Under the pieces are notes generated by a model. The model was not told where the DNA came from. It made no database searches and saw nothing but the letters and a program-made list of their open reading frames with translations. Both the position numbers and the translations under genes were made by a program. Below, piece after piece: positions 1 through 15,200 of a DNA stretch of 64,000 nt (positions are counted from its first letter, which is position 1; each line of letters begins with the position of its first letter). Source of the DNA: Trichoplax adhaerens (Eukaryota; Animalia; Placozoa); contig NW_002060943.1 of the NCBI RefSeq assembly GCF_000150275.1, positions 966,731-1,030,730 on the forward strand. The letters run 5' to 3'.

Positions 1-1149
1 TTATGTCTTCAGAAACTATTTTTACTGGATTCCAGTTNTATTTTTCCGTTGTGGCACAACCCACGCAAAAATCCCATAAATGCCAGGTGAAGTAATATTA
101 ATAGTTTAATGATTTTAATTGAGAATGCTGTCCCTACCGCTGCTATAAGATATAAATTTAGTATATCGCACTATTAGTAACCAATCCCCATCCAAAAATA
201 CATGAATGCCGATGAAATAATTATAAGATAATACAATGACCTTCACTGGTCGTAATGAATTTATTTCTTCGACACATTTGTAATTTACTCCATCAGATAT
301 GAGTTGGTAAGGAAAAAATTATCGCAAAAATTTTACAAATATCAAATACATCAACTTTAATATTTTAACTTAATTCATCATGTCATTCGATAATCCACAT
401 TCAACAACATTCACAATACTTTTCCCAGCATTTTTGTATTGGCAATAAATAAAAGCTATTAATTAGTCTAATCCCTTTTAACCCAATAAAAGCATCATAG
501 TTTTTTTGTTACTAACACGCAAACGTAGTCAATAAGTTAAATAGATTACGTAAAACATCCATTGTTGTATCTTGCCTAGAAGGCGATCTTTGATGACTAC
601 TTTCAAACCAAAGAAAGAATCAAAACAAATGAATTAGCTTTCCCCTAAATGTACATTACAAATAAAGCCTGTCAATCAATTATTCCGTATATTTTCATTC
701 TATAAAATATTGTTTATCTTCTATCTTATTGATCTGTTGAATAGATTAAAGCAAAGCGAGAGACAACCTAGCGAGTAATTTGTTAATTATTGATCGATTA
801 TCACAATTAGCTGCTAGAATCACTTGAAAATAATTGTTCTAGACATGGCTCTATTATCTTATTTTAGTTTATGAATTATAACTAAAACTATCCAATCCAA
901 ATCATGATATTACTTTGGACTTTTAATATCTTCATTCTTATCAGTTGCTTTAATGAATATAGTCATTCTTCGGGATAAATCAATAAAGTTCTATGTTTTC
1001 TATTATCAATTGTCTGCTTGCATTAATTTTAAAAATAATGTTAATAGCAACTGTTATAGTCTATCGTATTGGAAACTATTTCACTATTTTACCATCCTCC
1101 CTTGAAAATTTCATCCATCATCGACTTCAATAAATTGAATCGAATCATC

Positions 1150-4100
1150 ATGAAATTTTCTAGCAAGTTATCTCAACATAAATGTCAATTATTTCTCACG
1201 CTGTTATTTATTTTACTAAGCTTATCAATAATTAACTTAGTGATAGTTAGCAACATCAAATATCCGAAAGGATACATCAATCGAACAGAAGATGCTGATA
1301 ATTCTACATCAGGTAAGGATTGAAATTCTTCTCGTATAAAATTCTCAAGTCACGTATTGCAGAGTATCTTATCAGATAATTTAACTTTTTATCTGTAATC
1401 CTGTTATCACAGGCAAACAAATTAAATATCGAATACAATGATTTAAAACCGTTCTACGGTATCTTATGTTGTTATCAATATTTGAATTATTTTCCGTCGA
1501 ATACGTTAAAACAAGAATGATGCATGCCTATAAAACATTGCATAGAAAGGGTTGCATGCAGATAAATAGAAGTAAAAATGACGCAATTCCCCTTGAGATT
1601 AAAATTAACATCCAAATGCATGAATCAGTTGTTTTCTTCTAGATGAATCAAGCATTACATTCCCTAAATAACCAAAAGTAATGATACTAAGATTATCTAG
1701 TCTAATTTAATGCTATTGATGCAACAGCTATTAAAGAATTACCCTCAGTTAACAAAATGCAAGTACAGTCACTATAATTGTTATCGCAATGAAAATGACG
1801 AAATAATTTTTATGACTCTTGCCATGCAATCTTTAATGATACTTTAATGAATAGCAATAAAAACTCATAAAGTGGTTACTGCAGGTTATTCTTATCACCC
1901 TTATATTTCCATGTTAAGCTCAAATTATAGATACAGTCGTTTATGGAATCCAAAATGCCACAATGGTGGTGGTTGGCAATAAGGTATCCATTACTGTTTC
2001 ATACCGGTTGAATACTGATTCAAAGGAATGGCCTTCATTTGAGCAAGTAGTCAATTATCAATGGTTTAAGTCTTCATGCAATCATACCCGACGATACAGG
2101 AATATACAACCAATCGAAAAATTTATATCGCGTAGGTCCTACGGCGAAATTCGTTGCAGCTTTGAAACTTTTGAATCTGATATTTGCTTACAATTTAATG
2201 TCAACTTTAGCGAGATTATTCAGTACCATAATCAGTCTAATAGTTCATATCAAGCGAAGGCAATAGCTCTTGCTAAAAGTCAATATTCTCGCTCATTTTC
2301 CTGGCTCATCAAGGATTATGGTAAATAACAAAGTATTTCCTAACATGTATACTCAAATTTACTCTATAGGATAAAATCCTTAACATCCTAGTAAAACTTA
2401 CAATTGCTGTACTGTAGTATAATTACTATGATCGCAAAGACTGTAAAGAAGAGAATATTTTACACCTTCGTTCTCACACTTTCGTCGGAGAGAGTAAATG
2501 TTGTCATCGATCATGTCATCTGTATTACCTTATTAAAGTTGAACCTTTTTAGTTATCATAGGAGTTACTAGATGCTGATTGTTATCTTTAGTTCTTTAGG
2601 TATCTAGTTGAGTGTTAGTAAACGGCTTATACTAATGTAGCTTAACTTTTACATGGCATTCACAATTTGTTAAAATAGAAGCTATTGTACACCATGAAAT
2701 ATCTAGGAAATCTATTCTTAATTATCATAAGAAATGACAGATGATGATTATTATCAGCAGGCTTTCAGATACCCTAGCATGGATGCTAATAAACGGAATA
2801 TGCTAATGTAGCTTAACTTGCATGACATTTAAATCAATGTTAATGCGGTAATAATTTTTCTTCTAGCAATACCATATCCACCTAGAGAAATAAAGATTAA
2901 TGACCGTAAGCAAGTGTTCCTGCTAATCAATTTTAGAGATTATGCAACAAAAAACTTCTACAATATTCTTTTCTATCTTTATTAGCATTAGATCCCAAAC
3001 CCAAATTAGAAAATGGAAGCAAGTATATCATTAACATTGACTCTAGTAGTTGGACACATAATATACCTGATCTCCAATTAAACTGCTCGGTAATCATAAA
3101 ATCGCTGGATTTGATACGTGCAAATATGAATTGGGTAAGTTTATTATGACAGAACCGATGCCTGCAAAAAGTGATTCACTTTGTCATTCATCCATCATTC
3201 AATTTAAGCGAGTAAACTAATAAACAGTAATCTTTTTTAATTCTCTAATCTATTATCTATCCGATAATGATTATAAGGTATTAACAGCACTATGCAAACT
3301 ATAAATTTCTTAGGGACATTAAATATTTCATCCATGTAATATGCATGATAAACAAGGGTCAATAGAATTAGTCATTAATGCCGTGGTTTATGTAAACTAA
3401 TTCTATAAATATGGGTAGCTATATTCCTAGTTTATTGACTATGGACGCTAAATTTTTATATTTTTGTGAATTTAATTCACCGATATAGAGAGATGATTTT
3501 AGTTCGTCTTAGTGAACGTTAATTCATCGTTGAACGCATCCGCTCTTTAAAATTAGCTATCCAATAAATTTTTCGTGGTAAGTCCACCCTATCATCATGA
3601 GCAATATGTCAGTCTTGACACTGATTAAAATTATAACCGAGCTATTGGGATAATAATCATTAAAAGTTATCCCCTATTTCCAAATATATACGTATCGCAT
3701 TTGAGCTCCTCAAAATAGTTATTTCATCTAGTGTCAATTTCCCCATCATCTTATCGGATGTGATTCATAATCAGATAATTCCAATCTATTACAGCCCTTA
3801 ATTATTAGAATTGGATAGAATTATGTACGCTTCCTTTAGCCAAAATCCCCCATAATAATGAAGCTATATCTTTTTACTGTTAGATTACTAGCCTTTACTT
3901 TAATTAACAGTTAAGCTAATAATACGGAATGATTATTTTGATCATCATCATAACAACAATGATAAGAAAGAATAATAGAAAGGCTAAGAATGAAAAGGGC
4001 GTACCATAAATGTTACTCCCTTTCTTGTTATAGCAATAAATTCACTATAGCATTTATGATTATGACTTTATCGGAATTTTTTTCTGAATCTTTAATTAAA

Positions 4101-7100
4101 AACAATGAATCACTACAATCGACTATATCGAAAATGATTTAACTGCATTGTTAACTATAGAATTTTTATCTAATTTGGTCATGCAACTGACATATGATTG
4201 TTCGTCTGATGATTGATGGACTAAAATAGACAAGTTCGAAACGATTTTGTCTACTATCTCTACGATATACTTCCTGCTCTATCGTTTATGACTGGCCCAG
4301 TAAGACCATTAATAATAACACCATATCTGGGTTATCTAATGATGATTACTAAACATAGACAACCTAGATTACATCCTTCTCATACCTAGATCCCGTATCT
4401 TATATTCTCTTCGTTAAGTTTGTCCCTAATTTTTACATTAAACGGCAATAAAATAGCTTACTCGTATCATGATTGTTCTTGAATTATATATTAGATTATT
4501 TGACTATCACCCTGAGGAGTAAGTTAACTGGATTGCACTCTTTTATTGCTCGAATCTATAGCTTGCTATTCCATCGTCTACATTCATCCTAAATAGTCTA
4601 GAAAAATGATTCATAACATTATTACAGTACATAACGATTGTACAGCAGACTATTCTACTTGTTAGTATTACCCAACATCATATTACTGCTGCAATTACCA
4701 ATTAACCGAAATTCCTAAATTGTTCCGTGGTTATTTAGATTCTTGATGATCATTAAAGAAAAAAACAAGATAGATTGAATCTTCTTTGCCTATAAAATGA
4801 TTAGTAATAAATATACGCACATATACTGTAAATCATGATTTGTTGTTGGCTTCTTCCATTTTCTAAACATCATCATTAGTAGCAGGTTTATCGATTTAAA
4901 ACGTTTTTACCCCTAGACCTATGCTTCCTTTCCCGCTATTACATTCGTTCAGTAGTATGCCTACGTAATAGAGCTCAAATTAAGAAAAATCATCGTGGAT
5001 AGTAATGACTATTTCATTACAATTATTACAAGGCCCCTATGCAACAGATATATAATTGTCTACTACCTTACAGATCTTCATAACATTCCAATTAATAAGA
5101 GACAATTATCAATATCATCATTGGTTGCTATCTATTATTTCATACGGCTACGAGCTTATATTTATATCCACAGATAACTATTTCTTAAATCCATCAACGT
5201 TATTAATATTATAGATTAGTTGCAGATTCATATCATAAATGTTCTTAGATTCTATCTGCGTACAATCATTGTTGACCAATCGGAATTACTCTATAGGTCA
5301 AAAATTTAATCGTCATGATAATAAGATTCAACACTAATCGGAGTAATTCAAGCATTTGATGGAAAATCATGACGAAACTAATAACTTTAAAGCGCGAGGA
5401 TTCTGAACAAAACGTTCATAATAAGATAAATGAATTTCTATGATCTGGCATTGGTCGTTGAGATATCAACGAAACAATGATTTCAAATACTTACTAATAC
5501 TGTTACTTATAAACCTCTCATCAGAGTATGATATCTGTCTTATATTCTAATGATTTGATCATTATTGGTACAATTATTCTAAACTAGCCCTTAATTTTAT
5601 TCTTTACTACCAATCAATCCGTACTCAAGCAATATTTACTCTTGTCTCGATCTACTATAGATATTTTTCGGTCTATTCTACTTAGATATGGGGTATTTTC
5701 ATCTACTCATTTAGTGCTTATTTCGAGTATAATTCATAATTTAAAATAATAAATAAATATTCTTAGCAATGATAATAATGTGTCGCGGTGTGAATCTACC
5801 GTGATGGATGATAACTTACTTAATTTAGACATGTATATGTATCACGTTAAGATAGCTATTAATTTGGATATGTGCATGAATTATTTGATGACTTAATATA
5901 GCCGATACAAACCTGTTCCTAATACAGGTTAAATTATACTAAATATAGTATATGAGTTGTCAATGGCAAATTCAATATAAATCCTATTAATTATAAGCTA
6001 GGGCAAACATAAAGTTAATCTATAGTAATATCACATATTCACTGGGTTAGACTAGGAATAATTTAATGTATTCTCGAAGTCTTATTGGTCGAAATATATC
6101 ACACATCGTAAACCAGTTTTATGGCTAGAATAGCTATTTAAATGATTGATTTTGAATATTAAATTAGACTTGCATTTTCTAGAATAAAGATATAGTTAGA
6201 AGATTCTGAAAGTGCATTTCTCAGTCATTGTTACTTATCTAGGGTAATCTAAATTAGTTTAGATTAGGCAAGTTTAGTTAAGTAACATAATGATAAATTT
6301 TCTATTAAAACATTAATACTGTATGAATATCTTTTAATCCGCTTGTTGTATACGGTACATATCACAGAGTTGAAGAATCTCCATGATTCAAACCTCAGTA
6401 ATATCAGGTATTTTTGATGCAATATTTTAGTTTAATATGAACATAACTGATTCATCGTTCGTCTTATGCACGTACTGCAACGTTAAAATATTGTTAATAT
6501 TGAAAGTTATTATATGAGGCCATGAATAATTCCTGATTTAAGTTATTACTTAAAATATTGTGAATATTGCTTATTTATAATAAAGATAAGGTCAAGTTAA
6601 ATAAGTTTTATTATTGAAAATAAATTACTGTAATACTATAAAACAAGATCATGAATTTCATCATAATTTAAATCATGGATCATCAACTAGAATTTACTGG
6701 ATACCACTCCGAAAGACCTTATTTCATGCGGTCAAAAAATATTGAGCTGTTCATGTGAAGTTCGCCTGGGACATCTATCTATCTCACAAGTAAAAGCGTA
6801 TGCACTCTACTCTAAATCACACTTTAGCGGACCAAGCAAGCCTACCTACTGGGATGGTACAGGAGGTAATTATATATAAAATGAAGCTAATAATATCCAT
6901 TTTTACACGACAATATTCATTTTACACACAATATTCATTTTACACGCAATAGATAAAAGTAAAGACGAAGTAATATTTATAAAGTAGGTTAAGCTATTTC
7001 TAGTAATTATAATGAATATATTTAGTAGTTCAAGATAGTATTCCATTACGATAGAATAATCAGTAAAACTTCGTTTTTACTCATGAATATTGATGATAAA

Positions 7101-10100
7101 CTCTTTATTAGAACGACTTGATAAGCTGCAATATATGACCTTCTTGTTACTGAAGCTACAATACTCTAAAATCTTTATTAAAGCCAATATAACTATTACT
7201 TAGATCTAATATGCCGGTCGTTATGCTAATTAATGACTTATATTACTTAAATTTGTTCATCACCAGAAGTAATAATAGCCTAGTTAATAAAAGATGTGAA
7301 TGCAATAATTTTATGCTTGTTTTTGGATATTCCAGCCTGTAAAGTTATTCATAACATCTCTTGCCATGGATTCGAAGATTACTATCGTTGTAATCATACG
7401 CAAGTAAGCAGATAACGATTTGTTAAAATTAACTTATAAACTAAATTTCGCATTTACTTAATGAAATAATATCATTTTTATTGATAGTGAATAAGTGTTG
7501 CACAGATATTCTCAGCGATCTTTTAATTGGAAAGCGTATAGAATTAGCTTATTAATATATACTATATCATCAAATCTTCTATACTACTTAAAATACTCAA
7601 TTATCACCTACCCTTCTAAATATTTGCTGTCGTATATCTCGATTTGACTATATCTTAAAATATAATGAAATAGAGTCATAGGAACAACAGATCTAATTTA
7701 TAACACTACTCTATATTTTTATTATGCGTCTTCATACCCTTGCTATTCTTGTAGAAACTACGCCTTTCTCGCCTATTGCTCTAAATTTCTACTTACCAGT
7801 ATCCCGTAATTATCCTAATCTGACTATAGCAACTTCAATTTTGCAGTGCTAGTTTATAGTTGCATCATTCCTATTATTCCAAAATTGTTACTTACAGGCA
7901 ATTCGTAAACTGCCTTAATGGCCACATTAGCTAACTTTGAAATAATTCTAAATAATAACTACAATTTTGCTGTACTAACTAATACTTCTATCCTATATAC
8001 AATTGTTATGATTCGTGAATATTTGATAACACCTATTCATGTTCGATCTATCCAATTTTTATCTATTGCCCTACAATATTTACTTATTGATATCACCATA
8101 TTACCCTAATATGACTGTGTGTGTACTAATCAAAAGCAAATGTGGAGATATATTCAACACAGTGCCAGTTTAATAGCTGTAATTATTCAGCGTTAGTTGG
8201 CGGTATATATTCATCATAAATGCGATTGTTTAAAAGAATTGGCCTCGCTTATATCTTCTAGCCTTGTTTTAACAAGCAGATACTAGAGTATATACTCGCT
8301 AAGTAAATAAAACAATATTAGATGTTTTATATACTTAGATCTATATTTATATGTAAATTTAGATAACTTAATGCAATGGTTTAAAATACGTTAATTAGTT
8401 AGCACATATAAAATGAGATTAATTACGATTAGAACATGATCTGACCTTTGAGCTTTCTAATAAATTAAGCATGTGACAGACACACTTACCTTTAATCTAT
8501 AATGAATTAATTTATAACTCTAAATTGACTAACAATCCAACTTAAATAATATTTTTACATATTGCGATACAAGCATCGTGACAATAGAATATTACTGTAT
8601 TTGATACTTTAATACAATAGATACTAATTTTGGATACTTTTTATCAATTAGAACGACACCAGCTATTATGAACCAATAAGCAATAATACCATCGTTCTAC
8701 AAAAGGATATGAACGATGAGCTAAAAGTTGTCAAAATTTTAGAAAGGGATAGATATATCGGCATCAGATCACGTTCTGATATGTTGAGAAAACAAACATA
8801 TTTTATTAATTGCCCAATTATGGGTATCCAGTATCAAACACCAGACTTTATTAAAGCAGGGGGATCACCTATCAATCTCTTACCAGCTTTTGTAAAGATT
8901 ACCAATGAATTGCCAAATACTACATCAATAGTACCAAGTGTCCCTACTTCCTCACGAGAGATCAGTCAAAATGCTACTGGGCAGTCAATTACAACAATTC
9001 TGAAATCTCAAGCTCAAAACTGTAAATACATAATCTATAAGATACCTCGATTGCACGTACATAGTTTGCTTCTTTTTGCCTTTTAAAAGCTCGGATTTAA
9101 CAAAGAAAATAATAGCTATCATAATTTTTCTTCCATTAGATCTTTTAGCTGCAGCTTTTGCATTTGGCGGATGTTTATTCATTTATCTATGCTGGTTTTT
9201 CTATCATAAATTTGCAACGTAAATTATTGTTATTGTATTTAAGTTTATCCTTACTCTTTTTATATATTTCATATCATTAATATTGTCTCGAATTGATATT
9301 TTTTCGCCTATACTAGATGGATTATATCAGCTAAAAGTGCAGAAATTCCTAGGTTAGTACTCTGATAATGCTTAAGATTGGATATTCATCCATTCAAAAT
9401 TCATTGTATATGATATTGATCAATTATAACTAAAAATGAATTATTTGCAATGTGGATAATAAAGATTTATTGCCACATTAAATATAGTAAAATTAGTTAG
9501 TATCATAGGAGAGTAACATCCGCTAAACTTGCACATTAATTATATTAATGAAATAAAGAGATTTCTTCACTTCGATAGTAAACAATAAAATGGACTAGCT
9601 CATAATGCTATGATGATAATATACTTTCATATAATTTCATCAGCTCAAAATCACTTTAAATATATTAAAATTAATTATTTCTTCGATTTTTTAGATTATT
9701 TGAGCATGATAGCAAAAATAAGACTCGTAAGCTTATTAAATACTGCTTTATTTACTAGAAAAGGATTTAATTATCTTTCAATTTTATAATCATCTTATCG
9801 TATTCCCATAATAGCCGTCGTTGGTAAGCCTCTCTCTCATATATATATCAATCCCCATCACCAAGATCCTCCTAGATTATTACAGGTAAGTAAAAATCGA
9901 TTTGCATCTTAATTGGAACAGATCGAAAATTGATCTTTAATTAGGCTCGAATAATCTAGAAATTACTTACAAAATACATTACTAATGCCTTGCAACCATT
10001 AATAATTCACTTGGGTATTTCAATAATGTGTATAACCAATCTTATTATCTTATTTAATATTCGTGCAGTTAACCGTGAACCGACAATTAGTAGGTTCAAG

Positions 10101-10161
10101 CCAAAGCAGCGCTAAATCCGAAGAAGAGTTATATGGCTATCCCGATCCGGATCTAGGTTAA
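1150..10161 (+). CDS. Orphan single-pass membrane glycoprotein (N-terminal hydrophobic segment, Cys/N-glycan-rich ectodomain with FN3-like hints, S/T stalk, TM helix, Tyr-containing tail)
   Basis: Hand-built exons: 1150-1312, 1931-2320, 2867-2905, 2986-3134, 6691-6865, 7336-7403, 8652-9021, 9065-9218, 9317-9352, 9695-9726, 9815-9885, 10069-10161. All are GT-AG and phase-consistent, but the 9021/9065 junction needs a 43-nt intron. N-terminus FLTLLFILLSLSIINLVIV; TM IIAIIIFLPLDLLAAAFAFGGCLFIYLCWFF; tail ...SHIYINPHH...EEELYGYPDPDLG*. Confidence 0.7.
6892..6950. repeat. Short minisatellite (CAATATTCATTTTACAC) x3
   Basis: Three adjacent near-identical copies. Confidence 0.8.
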
Positions 10162-12280
10162 AAATACCCGGATTTAAAATTCCACAAAAAATACAAAGTG
10201 ACGAAGAAAGTATGATCGGCAATTGCATATTTGATAGCAATAGCTCAACATCTACTCAAAATAGAAAAGATATGTCTTTATGAAGCCAAATACGGTAGAA
10301 TTTACAGGCTCTCATGGATGATAAATTGTCTCAAAAGCAATGGAACAAGAATATCTATTTCTTCTTCACTTTTACTATACTACATAAATCAGATCTGCTA
10401 CCAATAGCTATTGGCGTAACTGTACAATCGAACCCTCAAACATGATCTACGTGTGTTTTAGATTGTATGAATAATCAATGATGCCGGTATATTCATCCTT
10501 TGGTATTTCTATTTTTAGAAAAATTAAACATCTACTTGGTAATAAATCAAGTTAAAATGAAGAAAGTTGCTAACTATATGGCATGTATTCAACTTGATGA
10601 TGGCTAACACCAGCCGCATCCAATATAAACTATCTCCTAAAATTATATCACTGTAATTATTAATAGCGCAGTAGGTTAAGTCAATACCCAGCGACTTAAC
10701 ATTATATATATCCGATCGATTATGTTATTAATCGATATTCCTTATCTGCATCGTGATTAGCAAACTGTAATAGTCTTTAGTCAAGCCATCTAAGCCTTAA
10801 TTTTAGTACTTATCAATATGTCATAATTTATGTTGGAAACTTCGTCAATATTGAATGAGCTGAATGGTAGTAAAAATTCTTAATATATCCTCTTTTGTTA
10901 TAGACTACCAGCTGTCCTTTAAGCTTAGTCTTTAATAAGCATTTTTCCAGACCTTCATCAATTAATATTTATTTAATCTTGCATATAATTACTAATCCTA
11001 CAAGCTTTATTGCAGTTGGCAACTGTTACAGTTTTTAGGCAAGCTATTGAGCTATAACTTTATCACTAATGAATATCTTAGTAATGTAATTATGATAGAA
11101 ATTATACCAGTATCGAAGCCGAATGGAAGTAAAAAAATCCTTATATATATATATCTCTCTAAATTTCAAATTGCCAGCTGTTCTATGAATTTCATTCAAA
11201 ATTGAGTATTTTTGTTTTTATACCATATTAAATATTATTTATCAACGTAAATTTGTACCAACATTTCACCATTTTAATTGAAGCTACGATAAACCACTAA
11301 TTTACCTCTTAGAAAAAAATTAGAAAATGTAAGCTACATAAATTTATCGTTCAATACCTTCGATACTGATATTCTGTCTGCGGTCAAGGGCATAAATTAG
11401 CTAACATTCTAATTTACTGTACGTATAATGTCCTACTTCACTGATTATTATCAATTTTAAGACCTCAAGTAAATAAACAACGTTTATTCTCATGTTAATA
11501 TTGCCTTATGGATCGGAATATTTATTCGCTTGTTATCAATTACGATTATATTTAAACTATATCTACCTTGACTTTACCCTAGCTGATCTAACCCTAACAG
11601 AGAAAAGTTAAAAATGGCTAATCCAAACTTACACTTGCCCCTTTGATTTTCTATTAAGAAAGTATACAATCTAAATTATATCCGAGTAATCTATAATTCT
11701 TCATAAATATCATATTTGATTCAAATTAACTTTATTGTATCTAACTAGCTGCTTCATAGTTGAAAATCCATTAGCCTAGTGATAGTACTCAAAGTAGATT
11801 TACAGTACTTAGACCTACCATGATATTATAGAAGAATTAGGAAGTTGCTAAATAAGCATATGAATATCTCTCCATCTCTTCATATTCTAGAAGTTAATGA
11901 TATGAATTTTATTCAGGATTAAAATACTCCGTTAACTTTATAACTATCATGATAATAGACATGAAATAAGAACTTATTTGATATATCTTGGGATATTTTA
12001 TCCCGTTCCTTGTAATACTAAATAGCAATTATGGATTTAATAATAAATCACTACATACAATAGCCATCTAAAAACAAGATAAATTTGACTATCACAATAT
12101 GCCAGATTTTATTGTACCAAATGATGGAGCATATTGCCGCTAACTTGATTTAATTAGTGTAATCGATGTTATTACTTATTTTAGGTTAAGAAAATTTCAT
12201 TTTGGGAATTTATTGGTAAACATAAATTCTTTCTAGCAGTCTATCCCAAGTATTTTTCACCCATATTTATAGATTAAAAT

Positions 12281-15200
12281 ATGAGGCAATTTCTAGGTAG
12301 AGTCATTTTGATCTTCTTATGTTTGCTAGTGTTATCTACTCGGATATGTTCTGGCCATAATCAGCGTAGGAAAATTATCCTTTCTGGAGCATTTAGCTTA
12401 TCAGGTGGTTGGAAAGCCGGTAAAATGTTAGTATCGGCCATGATGGCTGTTGATTACGTCAATAATCGTTCCAATCTACTGCCTGGTTATCAGCTTGATC
12501 TGTATTGGGGTGATACTAAGGTAAAACTAAAATTAAATTTAAGTAGATAAGAATTAAACTTATTCAATTTCTACCAATCAAAATAAATAAAAATTCATTG
12601 ATAGTCTGCAATGGTCATGCCGATATTCGATTAGCGTGATTGAGAGTTACGATCAATAGCGTAGTATATATCATCTATCTGAGCTGCTGCTATATTGATA
12701 ATATTTAAAACAGTAATTTTTCTCTTCTATTTGACGTAGAATTAGGCACTTGACTCTGAAAGTGTGATCTGAATTTCAGAATTACGCTACTTTATGCGTA
12801 ACTGTTATGATAGACTAATGTATCATTCTTGAAAGAACTTAAATAGAGTCTTCATGAAATAGAATTTTTCTCTTTAATACCTGCGGTGTCTTTTTTAATC
12901 TCTCAGTGATCAATATTACTACTGATCCTTGGATAAATAAATTATCTCCTCGTGATGGGTATATGTGACCTAGATCACTAGTTGTACCAAATAAATAAAA
13001 TAGAGCTAAATTTTTAAAATTTCTTAGATTATTAATATACTCCTGATTAATGAAGGCATAGATAGTAACAGATAATCGAATCGACCACCCTTAACAATAT
13101 TTCTATACCTAAGATTCACGAGGTTATTCCCTCCCGTTTATATCAAGTTTATTTTACAAATTTAAAATTTTCCAGCTTGTAGATATCCTTCAGTCAAGAG
13201 TGATAGAACTACTGGCATGTAAAACTAGTCCTGAAACTTTCAATTTTATCTGCTCCGCAATCATGATAAATTCAAGTAGTTAGATATGTGCTTTGTGACC
13301 AAACCTTCGAATAATACTTATATCTCACAGATTCATCAATGCCGCATCCTCCAAATCTATCCAACCATTTTGATCATCAGCAATTTATTTAAATCTATAA
13401 AGAATAAATCTACTTTTTCAGTTTGTGATTCAGCCAATACCGTTTTAAATAGCTATAGAATGCTTACAGAGCATACCGTATGTTACGACATTTAAGTGCC
13501 TTTCATGACAATTTTTTAATTGAAATATCGTATTTTCGGCATTTTTGATTTAATCGTCCCTAAAGTGATATTCATACAGGCAAAATCTAGTTGCCGCGTA
13601 GTATCCTCTAACTCATTAGACTACAGCTTCGCTAACAATACTGCATATCGGGAAAAATTTATGTTTATCACCCTAGGCGAGCATACTAATATGTAAATGA
13701 TTTGTCTTACCTAATCTCAAAGTATAACTTAATTCTTGCCTCTTACGTTCATAATGGTAACATATTAGTTAAAATACCACTACTAAAAAGATTTATATCA
13801 TGGCTATTAGCACATAAACAATGAGTTTCATAGTTGCTGGTTTAAATGGTACAAATTTAATAGCATTAAAAGGATAATTCGAAAATCGAATTACGTATTT
13901 CAATTAGATATAAGAATTAATGGAATACTGATGTGAATTATAGAGTCAGGCTTAGATGATATAAATGCCTTTTTACATAATTTCATATTATCGGAGGTTG
14001 GCTTAATTCATATAATTTTCACTATATTATATGAACAATTCGAAAATCAACTAAACCTATTTCAATTGCATATAAGAATTAATAGAATATTTATATTCGT
14101 TATAGAGCTGGAGTTAAAAGATAACTTAAATCATGTAAAGACTTTTTACATAAGTAAATTATTATCAAAGGCTGACTTAATCCGATAATTTAACTATTAA
14201 ATCAATAATTCCAAACTCAACCTATTTCAACTGCATATAAGAATTCATTTAATATTGATATTCGTTATAAAACTGGAGTTAAGATACTATAAATATTATT
14301 ATTTACGCAATTGCATTATTATCGGATTTGTCAGTGTGATCCTGGTCACGGTTTAAAACTCCTATTCGAAGCACTAACCAAGCTACCGCATAAAACTCTT
14401 ATATTTGGTGCTTCATGTTCTCAAGTCACTGAATACATGGCAAAAGTATCCCAGCAGTACAATCTCTTACAGGTACTTATCCAATGTAAAAGTATTAGAA
14501 ATCTTGTAGATATTGACAATTTCCAATTTATTACCCTAGTTCTTTCAGATATGGAACTGTTCAGTAATTTTGTAACTTATACAATTTTGTTTCTATAGAT
14601 ATCTTACATCTCAGAATCTCCCGTCTTAAGCAACAGGGAAATTTTTCATAATTTCTTTCGTACTTATCCAAGTTCCTCAAGTCTCGATCCAGTAATCATT
14701 CAACTCCTCAATCGGTTCGGATGGAAAAAAATAGCACTCATTTATCAATTACAGTCTGGTTTCTCAGTGGTAATGATAGCTATTCCAACCAATATATTCT
14801 CAAATTATATCCGTAACAACAATCTGAATTGTAGACAGAGAGAGCATTAAACACGACATCTTTAGAGCACTATGTGAAATGTAGAGTATTACCATTAACA
14901 ATTGAATTAACGAAATATTGAATCTTATCCCATTTTCAATTGGTTAGCGAATGTCAAAACTAGTCGAAAGACTACGAAGTCATGGCATTTCCGTATCGAC
15001 CCGCATGTCTGTTAGGTTTAAAGAAGATTTAGTAACAGCTATTAATTTAATTAAAGTAAGCTATTAAATATATTTTCTTAACGGTATATAATTATTCTAA
15101 ATAACTGAAGTCCTTTACATCAGTGTGAAATTGAAGACTTCGAATGTATCAAGTCTCTTTTGCGGTTATAAGATGTTGCTATTTAAAAGATGAGTATTTT

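Noticed and set aside
1-360. Hydrophobic minus-strand peptide fragments at the window start
   Set aside because: Stops in all frames, truncated by the window edge, and no recognisable family.
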